Of a DNA stretch of 64,000 bases, positions 24,901 to 37,270 are shown piece by piece. The position numbers and the translations under genes are program-made. Position 1 is the first letter of the stretch. Each line of letters opens with the position of its first letter. The notes under the pieces were generated by a model, which did not search any database, was not told the origin of the DNA, and worked only from the letters and a program-made list of their open reading frames with translations. Origin of the DNA: Phallusia mammillata (taxonomy: Eukaryota); assembly GCA_965637545.1 (NCBI GenBank), contig OZ281496.1:18476001-18540000 (forward strand), written 5' to 3'.

Positions 24901-27900
24901 CATGTTAAAATGAGATGTGAATATATTGTATGACTCAAAAAATAATCTTTTCCTGTATACAAGCTACCGGGACAAAACGGACGCCGCATTGAAATCCACA
25001 GAGTGGCCTTGTGATACTGCGTGATTTTGGCAACATCCCGTTGATGTTTTTTTCGGCGGGTGTTGAGTGGCCTCCAGTCTCAAGGATGTATATTAACGGA
25101 CACTTGGCGCAGGGAATAGAATTTACAACACCACGTAGGATCTTTCGGGTGACTCAGTAGCGTTGGCAGGTTGGACGTCAACCGCTATGCCGAATTCACG
25201 CAACATACGCCGTAAAATATCCGTCAGTTTCGGTATGTAAGGAAGTGTCACAAAACTCTCTGTTTTTAGTGGGTCATCTGTTTGGAGCAAGTTTTCCGTC
25301 GATCGCAGTCGACCTAGTTGGAATAGCCGTTAAATTTAAGGCGTTGTTATCGTTTGTCAGTTCCGCCTTGCAGTTGTCGCTATAAGTGCACGAGCGTAGT
25401 GGCTAATCTTTAAAGGAACGAAGCACACCTCTTCTGTGGTATGAGAGGTGATAAGATCGAAAATAGAGATACCTGTACTCGTTGGCTAGCGGTACACTTT
25501 CGAGTACAAGACACCGTCATTGGTTTTTGTGACTTGAACATCTAAAAATGTAAGACAGTTTACAGATTAGAGTTCCATGGTAAATCGAATGCCTGGTTGC
25601 ATCTCGTTGAGATGCCTTAGAAATGCCTCAACCAGGTTCTTATCATTGACACAAAATATGTCGTCAGCATATCGTCGCCAAAATCTTGGTGGGTTGGCAA
25701 ATGTTGATACGGCTTTTTTCTTACGCGCTTTAGTTGTCATGTTTCCGACAACCACAGAGACCGGGGAACCCATCGCTGTACATTAAACCTGTTGGGAGAG
25801 GCTTCCCCGGAATGTTAAAAAGGATTGCTCCTAGCAAATCCGCAAACCGTCTACAATATCAAAAGGGGGCCATGGTGTACAGTCTTTAAGACTATGATCG
25901 TTTAAAATCCTGGATGACGCGATTTCCATCGCCAATTCCACTGACACAACGTCATACGACACCACCACTCCTTTAGACAGGGGAGGCAAATGTCATCCCT
26001 TGAACAAACCTTTTTCTTTCACGGTGTTCGAACCTATGACACTCCCGGAGACGAATCCCGAGCACACCAGATCGCGCCAGACCATTCGGCCAAGTTCATG
26101 CGACACTAACAAAGCTTAACAAAGCCTTAAATTTAACGGCTATTCCAACTGGATTCTCTGCGATCGACTGACAACTTGCAAACAGATGACCCATTAAAAA
26201 CAAATGGTTTCGAAACTGACGAATATTTTAGGTTAGGGCGTATGTTGCGTGAATTCGGCATTGCGGTTGGCGCCCAACCTGCCAATACTCCCAACATGTT
26301 ACTGAGTCACCCGAAAGATCCTATCAATACCTTTGAACAACGAGGTGGATATATTCTATTCCTGCCCCCAAGTGTCTGTTAATATACGTTTGGGAGACTG
26401 GAAGGTCACTCAACATCAGCCGAAAAGTCGGCTCTTTCCAATCATGCGGTATCACAAGGCCAACATATACTTTAAATTTAGTGCGGCGTCCGTTTTGTCC
26501 CGGGACCATGTATACAGAAAAAAAACTATTTCTTGAGTCATGGAATATTCAACAACATGGCAACACAATGAACATCAAAAGAGACGTGATGTTTACTGCG
26601 TGCTGCAGGCACCTGCTCCAAGATAAAAGGTCGAATTATCCTTTTCCCAGCAGTGTTTTTGTTGCGTTGTGACGTGCTTACGTTTAATTCTTTTTTTCTA
26701 TTGTTTTTCGTGCACTGTTCTACGCGCACTGAAGGCGACCTGTATAGGACGTCGAAACGTCTGAATAAAAATACAGTGGCCAAAGGAGCTGTATAAACTT
26801 GATATTATGCCTGGCACCAATAGCTTATATGGAGCAACAAAGTATTAGAAAAGGGGGTAAATAAAACACTTCTATCGCCGTTTTACGGTTTAGTTGATTC
26901 CAGTCGATGTGGAGTAACAACCATCACCAGTCTTCCTGTCACCATCTCATCACCAAACTATCCTTCAGACTACGACATAGCTTCAGTTTGTATGTGGGAG
27001 TTTAGTTCCGATGGGCCAGTTACGTTCGTGTTCAACTTCGAAAGTATTCACATGGAATATACGTATGATTTCGTCTACGTAAGTTTGTAATAAAAAAAAA
27101 TACTTTTGTTTAAAACTTACAGGTAACAAAGAAAAGTTTGCAATTAAACTTTTTGATGAATTAAGGTGATTTCCGATGATCCGTCGTCACCAAACTTAAA
27201 AATTACGGGAAATTACAACCAGACCCAGCAGTTTGAAACCTTTGGGTCAAGTTTTCGAATGTTTATGACCTCCGACTATACACAAACTCGACAAGGATTC
27301 ATGGTCACAATCGGTGACAATGAAGACAGGAGCAGCGAAGGTACACAAGTCAAGTATTCTTGAAAATACCAATCAACTTCAATAGTTTTTTTGTGTTTTT
27401 AATGTCTCACGCAATTTAATCCCTTTTTCAGATTTTACTGTTAATTGCTCATCTACTGGTGTAAAAACAAGGTATGTTGCAAAGGCTAATTTTTCTAAAA
27501 TCAAAGCAAAAATGTATAACTCGTGTTGAATAAACTTAGAGAATACTTACAAAAGAAACAAATAAAACTGAAGCAGGAATTATTCTTGCACTTTACCAAT
27601 ACATCATATTTTTTTATGAAATCTTGTCTTTTGAAAAGAACGCGTTGCACCGATTTGGAAACAATACTCGTTCTATGTTGTAGCTTGTCGGGTCCTCTCG
27701 TGCGAAGCTTGTTGCCTGAAGCGGGTCGCCAACTGCAGCTGGTCGGTGACGGTCTGCAGCCATTGGCCAATTGTTTTGCTGTGAAAAACAATGATTTGGA
27801 CATATATGAGGTGGAATTCACTCGTGGACATGAGCAATGCTCAGCAAATACCAATGTAAATATACATTTCGTTTTTCAATATGGTGTCCGATTTCATCCG

Positions 27901-30531
27901 CTTGGAAATTACAGTTAATTAAAAAGTTAAATTCAGGAAACCGACAGTGAGATTGTGGTGACGTACAAATTGTTGCTTCTTGAGACATCAAGTGAACACA
28001 TCATTTCTCGCAGCGACCAACAACCAATTATTGAATTTCATTGTGCGTTTAATCGCACCGAAGTTGTGTCACTTTCTCAGCCCCTGACAGTTATGATAAG
28101 GTAAGACCAAAACGCAGTTACTTTAAGTAAAACATATGAATACTTTATAAACCTAATAAATATCGCTATATCAAAGAAACCTCTACGTCAGGGGTTCTTA
28201 ACCAGGGGTACATGTATCCCTTGGGGGTACGAAGCACCAAAACAGGGGGTACGACATGCAGTGTGAAATTATACGCTATTTAGGCATATTTGTGATAAAT
28301 GCGTAACAAGTTACTTTGTTATATGTTTTGACTGATTTGAATTGATTAATTGTTGGTGTGCTGCAAATTTGTTGAACTTACAAGACTGTTTTAATGCATA
28401 CATTCAACACGTAAGTTATAAATACACTGAGTTCAATCATATATACACAATTTTATTTACTTTCGTCAGCCATTGTAGACAGGGGGTACGAGAAAATCTC
28501 AAAGGGCCGTGAGGTCAACCCCAACACTTTCAGCGGGAGTCCGAGAAACAACTCGATGGGAGTTTCATTGTGTGAAAACCTATTTTTTGCTTTATCGATA
28601 GATCCTTAGAAAATCACAATTACCAATTGCTTAGTCTTGGCGTGGTGACCGCACAAACCACACATTTTCCATAAAGATAAGATATTGTTTTTGTAATCTT
28701 GTGTACCGTGCGCCAAACGTTTGAATCACGAACAAGTGATTGAGCGCAAACGTGCCTCGTACGGTCACCAAAGCAAGGTCAAACAAATGTTCTTCCAGGT
28801 GACTGATTTTTACCCACAGCAACGTTTATTCACCTGCGACAACGACTTACGTCGCCAACTACAGTATCTAGTTACACTATTTGTCTTATAATATGGAGAA
28901 CAACATGTCGGCGAGACAAATCAATTGTTTTATCCCCGAGGAAACTCCCACTGAGCTGTTTGGCGGACAACCGATTAATAAGATGTGACCGCACGGCCCT
29001 CAAACCTGACTTTTTCAAATATCGCCAAATTGCTCAGAGCCACAACCTGTCCACATAATACAAAGTTCGCTGCATAACAATAGTCTGAATTACAATATAA
29101 AGCAGTGGTCACTCAGACCGTACGTTGCCCACAATCGCTTCGATTTTTTACACCTTTTTTAAGGTTTTTCCTCAGCGTTTTTTTAATCCCCACCCATTTT
29201 CGTCCTTGGGGTTTTTTAGCACCTTGTTTCCCGGTCTGCAGTTGCAGTCACTTATAGCAAAATAATTTACTTTTTGTTATTGCGTGTGCGTATTTTTGCA
29301 TGTTTTACTGGTTTCATACTGACGAAGCGAAAAACCAATTATTTGTGAAACCTTTAAATAAAGACAATGATTTTAGTCCTAACTTTTTCATTGTTTTCTT
29401 ACAAAATTATTTTTTGCATAGTCACGTTGTTGTCAATTTGGGCAAATCTTCAACATCATTTGTCATGGAGATGGCTCGTTACACATCAGATAATTTTATG
29501 ACAATCGAAAATGAACGGACAATAACAATTGGATCTCCTGTTTACATCGGTGTTAAAATTAATGTTGACATCGAAACGGATTTGGTTTTGCAGGTTCGAA
29601 ATTGTTACATGTTGTTTTATTGATTCAATATTGGCATTGTACAAATAATCGGTATTTTTAGGGTATTACCTGCGATGTCAAGCCATCACAAAACGAAGCG
29701 GTTCTCGTCTATCCAATTGTCGATAACGGGTAAAGAACTAGTTGAGACAAAAAATTGTAAGGTGGTTATTTTACGAACAAAATTACAGATGTGCAGCAGA
29801 AGATCCTCTTACTATAAATGGAAATATCATTTACGACTTAATGGATCAAAGAGTTTTTGGAATTTCCTTTCTCGGTTTCAGTTGGTCTCATGGACAGGAT
29901 GGAGAACAGGAGTTGTGGATGTCATGCAACATGAACATCTGTCAGAAACATGTGGATGAAAACTGTCAAATAGTAGGAAATGCTTGTAATCACATTCCAG
30001 CAAACCACTTTTTAATATACACATGTTTATACTTCCAGAACTGTGAAAACGATTTAATTGTCAAACGATCAGTTGAAGATGAAGTTGGATATGAAAAAGA
30101 TGTGAGGAATATTGAGCTTGGACCTTTTAACATTGTTGGAGACGAAAAGGAGACAGTCAATCCATCCTGTGACAGAGTAATTGTCTTTTGCATGATTTGG
30201 CAAAGTTTAGGGCAAAAACTAATGACGTCCATTTTTCAAAGAATGAAATAGGTTGTTCTTATAAGTGCATGATCGACGAAAAAGGGAAACCAATATGCAT
30301 TTGCCCTGCAGGATATTTTCTAGGTAGTGACGGAAAGACTTGTGTTGGTAAGTGTATCTCGTGCCAATAGGTAACCCTCCGCCTATCACATGATTAAACA
30401 AAGATATTTTAACAGAAGTGAGCAATACAATGGACGAAATTTGGACATCATTAAACATGTGCCTTTTTGTGACTACAATGATAATGATCCTGATTCTTGT
30501 TTGTGCCATGATGCTTAAAAAGGGAAACTGA
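18969..30531 (+). CDS. Signal peptide - divergent CUB - CUB - ZP domain - furin site - EGF - TM protein (CUZD1-like architecture), 634 aa
   Basis: Exons 18969-19029, 19237-19409, 23751-23901, 26894-27078, 27166-27340, 27432-27471, 27684-27855, 27937-28100, 29422-29593, 29662-29729, 29789-29972, 30039-30176, 30242-30347, 30416-30531 total 1905 nt, all GT-AG and in phase. Motifs: MQQNLWLLFLFLTTCTMLHG; CUB SSPNYPSDY..C.W and TSDYTQTRQGF; ZP cysteines; VKRS; ELGPF; EGF CDRNEIGCSYKC...CICPAGYFLGSDGKTC; TM LFVTTMIMILILVCAMM then KKGN-stop. Confidence 0.88.
23249..23577. mobile_element. hAT MITE (329 bp) in intron 2 of the intact ZP gene
   Basis: TIR CAGGGGTTCTTAACC / GGTTAAGAAACACTG; TSD GTTTAAAC on both sides; the paralogous site at 4599-4606 is empty. 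Confidence 0.95.
24569..25975 (-). mobile_element. Decayed Penelope-like retroelement: RT C-half, GIY-YIG region and pLTR
   Basis: Minus-strand translation gives VVSYDVVS (motif 3), AMGSPVSVVVGNM, FWRRYADDIF, LNEMQPGIRFTMEL, FLDVQV, VYR*PT, a typical PLE RT signature, with stops and frameshifts. Confidence 0.88.
26011..26095 (-). mobile_element. tRNA-derived SINE copy
   Basis: Minus strand ACTTGGCCGAATGGTCTGGCGCG (A-box) ... GGTTCGAACACC (B-box) then an A-rich tail; same family as 12078 and 53520. Confidence 0.8.
26158..26816 (+). mobile_element. Second Penelope-like arm (GIY-YIG endonuclease end plus pLTR), inverted relative to 24569-25310
   Basis: Reverse-complement match to 24569-25310; plus-strand KKLFLESWNIQQHGNTMNIKRD resembles the end of the PLE endonuclease; CTGAAGG...GAAACGTC and AATAAA at 26729-26770. 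Confidence 0.83.
28189..28506. mobile_element. 3'-truncated copy of the 23249 hAT MITE family
   Basis: Begins CAGGGGTTCTTAACCAGGGGTAC and is collinear with 23249-23545; right TIR and TSD are absent. Confidence 0.85.
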
Positions 30532-30829
30532 GAGCTTAAAGTCAAAAAGTGCTGTGTACTTCGAATGCATAATTATTGGCTGTGTTTTGTTGTTGCTCCT
30601 TCAATCTCCATTTAAGCTATTGATCATATTTTAAACGGAAAGTCATGTTATTAAAGGGTGATCACAAATGAACATTCGTATTGAAATTTTGGTTGCACCA
30701 AAAAATAGTCTGGAAATTAGCTTTATTCTTGATTAGCCGATAGATTTTGTTTGGTTTACCAATCACTAGGTATATTTAAAAAAAGGTCAATTCGTTACTC
30801 TGCCTAAATATAATATCAATTCTCTAGGT

Positions 30830-31264
30830 CAGTATGGTCCAACTTTATTTTGTTGCGGGCCATTCAATATCGTTTAACCTACTACGCGGGCCAAGGTTTA
30901 AATTTTTTCAGGAAAAACTTTTTTTTCTGGGTCAAACTAGGGTAACTATACACCTTTTTTATCTATAGATAAGTTAATGTTTATATTTTATAGTTATTTA
31001 CTAAGTAGAAGCTGTTAAAAGCATTCAGTTTCCACTCTTCAGTTGCGCAAAAATGCCCCTGAACGGTTTATAGAAGCAGAACCCTTTTTACATAACAATG
31101 CCTTGTCATGCGTCACAATAGGAGATTTGGCAGTATTTAGTGTGTGTTAATCATCACATGTTAAAAACATTGAATTATTGAAAACAAAAGTTATAGTTGT
31201 CATTAAAATGTTGGGACTTTCGCGGGCCACAATTGGCCCGCGGGCCTGCAGTTGGACCACGCTG
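30830..31264. mobile_element. hAT (Charlie-like) MITE, 435 bp
   Basis: TIR CAGTATGGTCCAACT / AGTTGGACCACGCTG; perfect TSD CTCTAGGT (30822-30829, 31265-31272); GCGGGCC subterminal motifs. Confidence 0.92.
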
Positions 31265-33876
31265 CTCTAGGTGAAGGATATTTAGACTGTTTTATAACAA
31301 AAAAAAGCATAAATCTTTTCTTTAAATCTACAGAAATGTGTATTTCTCCTTAAATAAACAGGCACCATCAGTTTCTGTAACAGAAAACATGTAGTAGGCT
31401 ACACTGTCTATAAAAGTGGTAAAAAGTTAAATAGGCCAAAAAAACACCTGCAAATCGCAGAGGCAAACCACGAATATCGAGTGACAACAAGCGAAACGAG
31501 AAAAGGAAAAACTAACGTAACTGATAAGCCATGATGAACACACGGAGGGAATTAACCAATCTAAAGACGAGGAAAAATAAAGGGTGCAAAACAAACAATG
31601 AGCAATTTACCCTACCGTCAAATATTCAACTGATCCGAATCAAGATTCTTTGTTTTTACATGCTATTGTCTGCGAAAAATTCCTTAAATAACAAGTGTTC
31701 AGCTCTAGGAAAAAACGTATGGTTTCCTGTGGCGTGTGAGACCAAAAATTTACAAAAGATTATATTTCAACCCTTGGTTGCTGATTTTATTTTGTGTTCA
31801 GCTTAATTTTGATACGTTTGTAATCTTTATTGGCACTATTTCTAATAGAGTAACAAATGTCGATGGCTTTCAGCTTTGGTAACTAAATATGTGTGACACT
31901 GAGCCCGTGTGATTTTATGACCCGATTGTACTGTATCGGCACCTACATCCGTTGCTATGCGCGGAATAGGTACTCGTCCGATAATTTGCTGGTAAAGATG
32001 ATTATCTTTTACTAAATCGTTATCTTTTACTAAATAAAAAACACTTACTCAATTCTAAGCACTCTAAAAGAGGGATCACCGACCCTAACTTGGTAAATAC
32101 CAGACACCCTGCACTAACGACTTACCGCTAAAGCCAAGGTTGAGATAGTCACACCGAACAGGGCCTTAACCAAAACACGTTTAATAAAATATGCAAAGAC
32201 AATAATATTAGATAACGACAGAGCGCTATTGAATGCTTCAATACACTACAATACAAGATCACAATGCTATTGCGTTTTGCCACCGCACTCACAACGCTAC
32301 GAACAACACGTGGCCCAAGCTAGTACTGCCTCCAATGTTAAACGAAGCATGACAGTCACAAAGTCACGTGATCTTAGCGTCCAATTACAATGCGCAAGCG
32401 CGACACGTGGACGTCCAAATCGTCCGTGCAAAACAACATTTAAATAGGCAAGCGATTGTAGCGGTCAATACAAAAGGTGGAATACAAATAAAAACAAATA
32501 TAAAGTTAAATATAGACAATAATATACAAGTTAAAATAAACAAGTGTGCTTGAAATCAATAGAAGTACAAATAAGTTAAATATGAACGAAGAGTGTGGAA
32601 AAACATTAGAAATGCAACGTGATGAAATAAATGAACAACAGTAATGTTGTGCAAGAAAACAAAGAACATAACAATGTGCGTACGCGCTCATTACAATACT
32701 TACGTTTCAATTACAAAAAGCGCTTAGCACAAATTTTTAAAATACTTCATTATCATAGCATCACAATTGCTTGCATCGTTAAATCGTTTACCGTGTGTCT
32801 TTTATTGACCAGGCACGCATACTGCACGTTTGAAACTCGATGATAAACTCAACGCGATTCGGTTTCTGTCGCATCGATTATCATGCTCAAACGGAACTAA
32901 AAACATAAAAGTTAAAGTCTTTTGCGCTTCAACAGCACGACCAGGAGTTTTCTGAATGTAGGGAGTATACTCACCATATGTTAGTGTAACAAGACGATTT
33001 ACCTATTGTAAGCATTTGTATAGGATAGCAATGCTAAATTGTGGGCACCAATTTACATGATACTATTTCAGGTTATCGTTTAATTTCGAAAAAAAACTAA
33101 AAAACAGACTTCCCCTAATCCCAGCTGCACAAAAACTATGTTCATGCGCCCTGGTGTGGCGCACATGATGCACCTCACTCTCGTTGGGGATCCACACTCA
33201 CAAGCTCGGCAAAGACTGTCTCTGCCTTTTTCTTCCTCATTGTTTCCCTTTTTCTCTACCACTAAAAACGAGCGTGACATAAAAATTCTGCCAGGTTCCA
33301 TTGTGCGACTTAGGGTGTGCATACGTTCACTTGTCTGCATTGCATTGCGAAAATAGATATTCAAATTTACCAATTAAAAGTATAGATAAATAGTCAATTA
33401 AACGCCCTGCAACGTCGAGGCTTAATATTTAATTTGTATTGTGTCAGGGTTGTCGGAGTACAAAAAGTTAACTACCAGAAAATTCCAAAAAGGACGCAAA
33501 AGTATCTTGACTTTCGGTCAGTACGAAACGCTGCTGCCTGTCAACAAGTAAGTCAACAGGTCATAAAATGTAAGTCTTTAAACTCCGTCTATATATTTTG
33601 GTGTGCCTTTTATCGGATCGAGTCAATTGATATGAGTGGCTCACATCTGGATAAAGTTAAATCCAGGTAATCTTCTGTTGGTGGTGCAACGCAATGTAAA
33701 GTATATGATTTCTTCTGTGCGTTCATAAGATTCACATTCTTTGTGCCAACCGAAATGAATTATTGTCTTGTTTGTAGTTAACCAACGTAAGACATAAATC
33801 ATACCGCTAGATACTTTTATTGTTTTGCCTTGAGCACGTGTGTTATGTTTGTACGGGTGTAGGTTTGTCATTGTTT

Positions 33877-34343
33877 CAGGAGTCACCAAACCACGGGCCG
33901 CATCCGGTTCTCGAGGTAATTTTATCCGGCCCGCGAAGGTATTTTTGATTTGCCGAAACGTATGGAACATTTCGTAACGTAATACGTTAAATACTGCGCA
34001 AATCTGCAGACTGGATTCTATTACCCGGTTCAACAGGATTACAACGCGTAAGTATGATCCCAAAGCGATTTTATTACATCACAGACGAGAGCAAAGAATA
34101 GTATTTGTGCGCGAACAATTGGCTTCTTTTTACTACTTGTGATAAACATACATTCTTCATAAATTAAAAGCGGCACTATCTGACTTTAAATAAGACTGTG
34201 GAAAGACCATAAACCCTTGGTCGACCCGACAAGACTGCCTTCTAGTGTGGGAAAGGTTGCCTCAGGCCTTGTAAGTCATGTAGCTCCCGCGCGTGATTAT
34301 TAAAATTATCCGGCCAGCTCTGAAAAACGTTTGGTTACCCCTG
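33877..34343. mobile_element. hAT non-autonomous element with a possible C-terminal transposase remnant
   Basis: TIR CAGGAGTCACCAAAC / GTTTGGTTACCCCTG; TSD not intact (GTTT left, GTTTAAAC right). A frameshifted YLC-EQLAS near 34100-34130 recalls the YLCEQLFS motif of SPIN/Charlie transposases. Confidence 0.72.
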
Positions 34344-34367
34344 GTTTAAACTATTAAACAATCGTAA

Positions 34368-36960
34368 TTGTTTAGCCCTGGACACTCAGAGATTACCCCT
34401 TATGTTACATGAAACATTTACCGTTCCAGAAAAGAAACTCTTGACTAGAAATGCTAAATTCGCTTTTACGCATTTGCTTATCGCATTTCATTCGAGATAA
34501 ATATCTCATAAAGTATCGTAAGTTTGTTAAAGCAAATTTATTTACTGCTTGTTATAACACAGATTACGAGGAACGCAGATTTGTTTTGGTGTAAGGCAAG
34601 GTTCTTATCTAATATTGGCTCAATAATACCTACATTGTTGTTGATGTCAAGCCATCATACTGTAGTGTTTCTGTGCAAACTGCGGCATCAATAATCTCCA
34701 GCTCCGGTATTTGCTAACCCCTGGTTTGTACCGAAACATGGAGACGCATTTAAATTGCAGGATAATTATGAGATGATTTGGTTTGGCTTGGTACTTTTCC
34801 ACTTTGTAACTTGTTTATGGTCTACTGCCTACCAAAGTAGGCATAAAGTATTTGCTCTCTGAAGCTTGACATCAGGTGTGGGTAAAATTTTAGTTTATGT
34901 ACATACCTTGTGGATGTTTATAAGTTGCCCGACCAAGACTAAATGAAACCTTATGCGCGCTTGTGCCAGAAACCAACCATACCGAGATTGTGACCTCTTT
35001 ATTTCAGCTTTCGCAGTTCCTCTTTAATCCTCATTGACATAGAGAACCATACCTTAACTCAAACACACCTACACTGACCATTTAAGTTCAATCAATAAAA
35101 TTTGGATATTGACTGGTTAGTTTTTACATGCTTGGTTGAATCTTTGCAGCGTTTACACGCTACATTGTTATGTTTGTTTTGTCAAATGTCGATAACTCCA
35201 GATGGTTTTGCACGAGGCTTTAGATTCTTTTTAGCGGTATCAGCAGGTTATCCCAAAGCGTCTAATTGCTGTCAAAGTATCAGGATATGATAGATAAATT
35301 GCATACGAACAAAAGCTATTCCTGAGGAGTTGCGAGTGCCACAATACAACAGTGCATAATCAATATTCAATATTTGGTGGGGAAGTTGGACGTAAAATAT
35401 CGCGGAAAACAGGGTTCAGTTAAAAAGTTTGCATTTAAAAAATTATTTACATGCATAACTTGAATACTACTTACAACATTTCGATTACTTGCTCTGGATT
35501 GGGTTTTGCCTTTTTATCACAAAGAAGTAGGAAAAGTATTGTGAACTCGTGTGAGACAATTTCGCCTCACAGTGCACAATTGGGGCTTTGACCAGTACTT
35601 TTTCACGCTGCATTCTTTTTTACGCTCTGCTGTTTCCCCCAATCTGTTACAAATCCGATGTAATTAAAATGTTCGGAGAGACCTTTAGTTGACTTTTTTA
35701 GCACCTGACATATTTTCGCGTTTGTACCGAGCCGGGTTTTTCGATCTACATGTGTGTTGTCAAAAAAACGAATTAATTCATCGGTTACAAAACACAAGCA
35801 ATTTCTTTTCTAATGTGTGTGTGGGTCGAGATTGTTTGAGAAGTTTCTTTTTTAAAATACCCCAACTTTTATAGGCTGCGACCAACCAGCTAGGCGTTGT
35901 ATTATGTTTCAGTGTGTACGGATGTCGGTTTCTCATCGTTTTTTTAAATCAAAAAATTTTGTTGTTTAGCCCTCAACAATCATTGATTATCCCTCATTTT
36001 ACATCAAAGATTTAGAACGGTAGTCATTGACAACGTCAGTTTCGGAGAAAAAATTCTGGTCTAAAAATGCTAAACTCGCTTTTACACAGTTGCTTGTCGT
36101 ATTTCATTCCAGATAAATATATTTAAAAGTATCGTACGTTTGTGAAAAGCAAATTGATTTACTACTTGTTATAACACAGATTATCAGGAATTCATAGATT
36201 TGTTTTGCTGTAAGTGGACTAAACAAAACTAATAGAACAACTCTCTTGAGCTCCGGTATTTGCTTACCCCTGGTGTGTACCAAAACATGTAAACGCACTT
36301 CGCATGATAATACTGAATCGATTTCGTTTCGCTTGGTACTTTTCGTCCTGTAACCTATTCATGGTCCATTGCCATCCAAAGTAGACATAAAACGACCGTA
36401 TGTGGTTGTATGTTAATATGATGTGGTTGTATGTTAATATGATGACCGTGTTTCAATACCTGTAAAAGCGTATTTTCTCACCTGAAAAAGTCGGCTTTGG
36501 TATGTGGGCTAGCAACGTGTAGCCAGAATTTTCAGTAACATATAACTGGAATAATACACATTATTTTGATTTCTTGCTCAACTATATTGGTTGTTGCTTT
36601 TTCATGATAGTTAGGTAAAGTATTGCGATCTCGTTTGTGCCAATTTCGCCTCATGATGCACTGTTGGGGTTTTGTCAAGTACTTTTCCACGCTGTAAGCT
36701 TTTTTACGCTCTGCTGTTTCCTAAGCCGATGTATTTGAATTGTGCGAAGAATTAGTCTTTCGTTGCCTTTTTAGCATCAAATATTTGTTCGCATTTGTTC
36801 CGAGTTGATTTTTTTTGAACTGCATGTTTTTTGTCAAAATACGAATTTATTCATTAGTTACAAAACAGAAGCAATTTTGTTCATAGTGATATGTGGGATT
36901 TGATTGTTTGAGCAAGGCAATCATTTCTTATGTAAAAACGTCACTTTTGTAGGCGGCAAA
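34368..36960. repeat. Diverged local tandem duplication (unit A 34368-35880, unit B 35963-36960)
   Basis: Collinear blocks, e.g. 34445-34595 vs 36061-36215 and 35527-35640 vs 36610-36720; unit B lacks ~0.6 kb of the middle of unit A. Confidence 0.8.
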
Positions 36961-37190
36961 ATACGTAATTAAGCGATATGTTATTTGTACACCCTTTGTT
37001 CTTCCAGGCCAATTCTCTGGAATGGCTTCACAAAATAGGAAACCTTGCACAGATGCCTGGATTTGGATGCAGCTCATAAAGGCAGTAATTTAAATATTGA
37101 ACGTAACCAAATTCTTTGTATAGGCTACGTACAATAGAGTGCTTTTTTGAATAATTTTGAAAAGTTTTTTGCTAATATGCCTTTTCATTA

Positions 37191-37270
37191 TTTGGAATTA
37201 TTCGGTCTATTTTCTAACCTAATTCAGCCGTTTGGAATTATTCGGTCTATTTTCTAACCTAATTCAGCCG
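37191..37270. repeat. Perfect 40-bp tandem duplication
   Basis: TTTGGAATTATTCGGTCTATTTTCTAACCTAATTCAGCCG x2. Confidence 0.95.

Noticed and set aside
30532-30634. Apparent second hydrophobic segment after the TM of the intact ZP gene
   Set aside because: The frame stops at TGA 30529-30531, the same stop as in the paralog (8950-8952), so this is 3' UTR.
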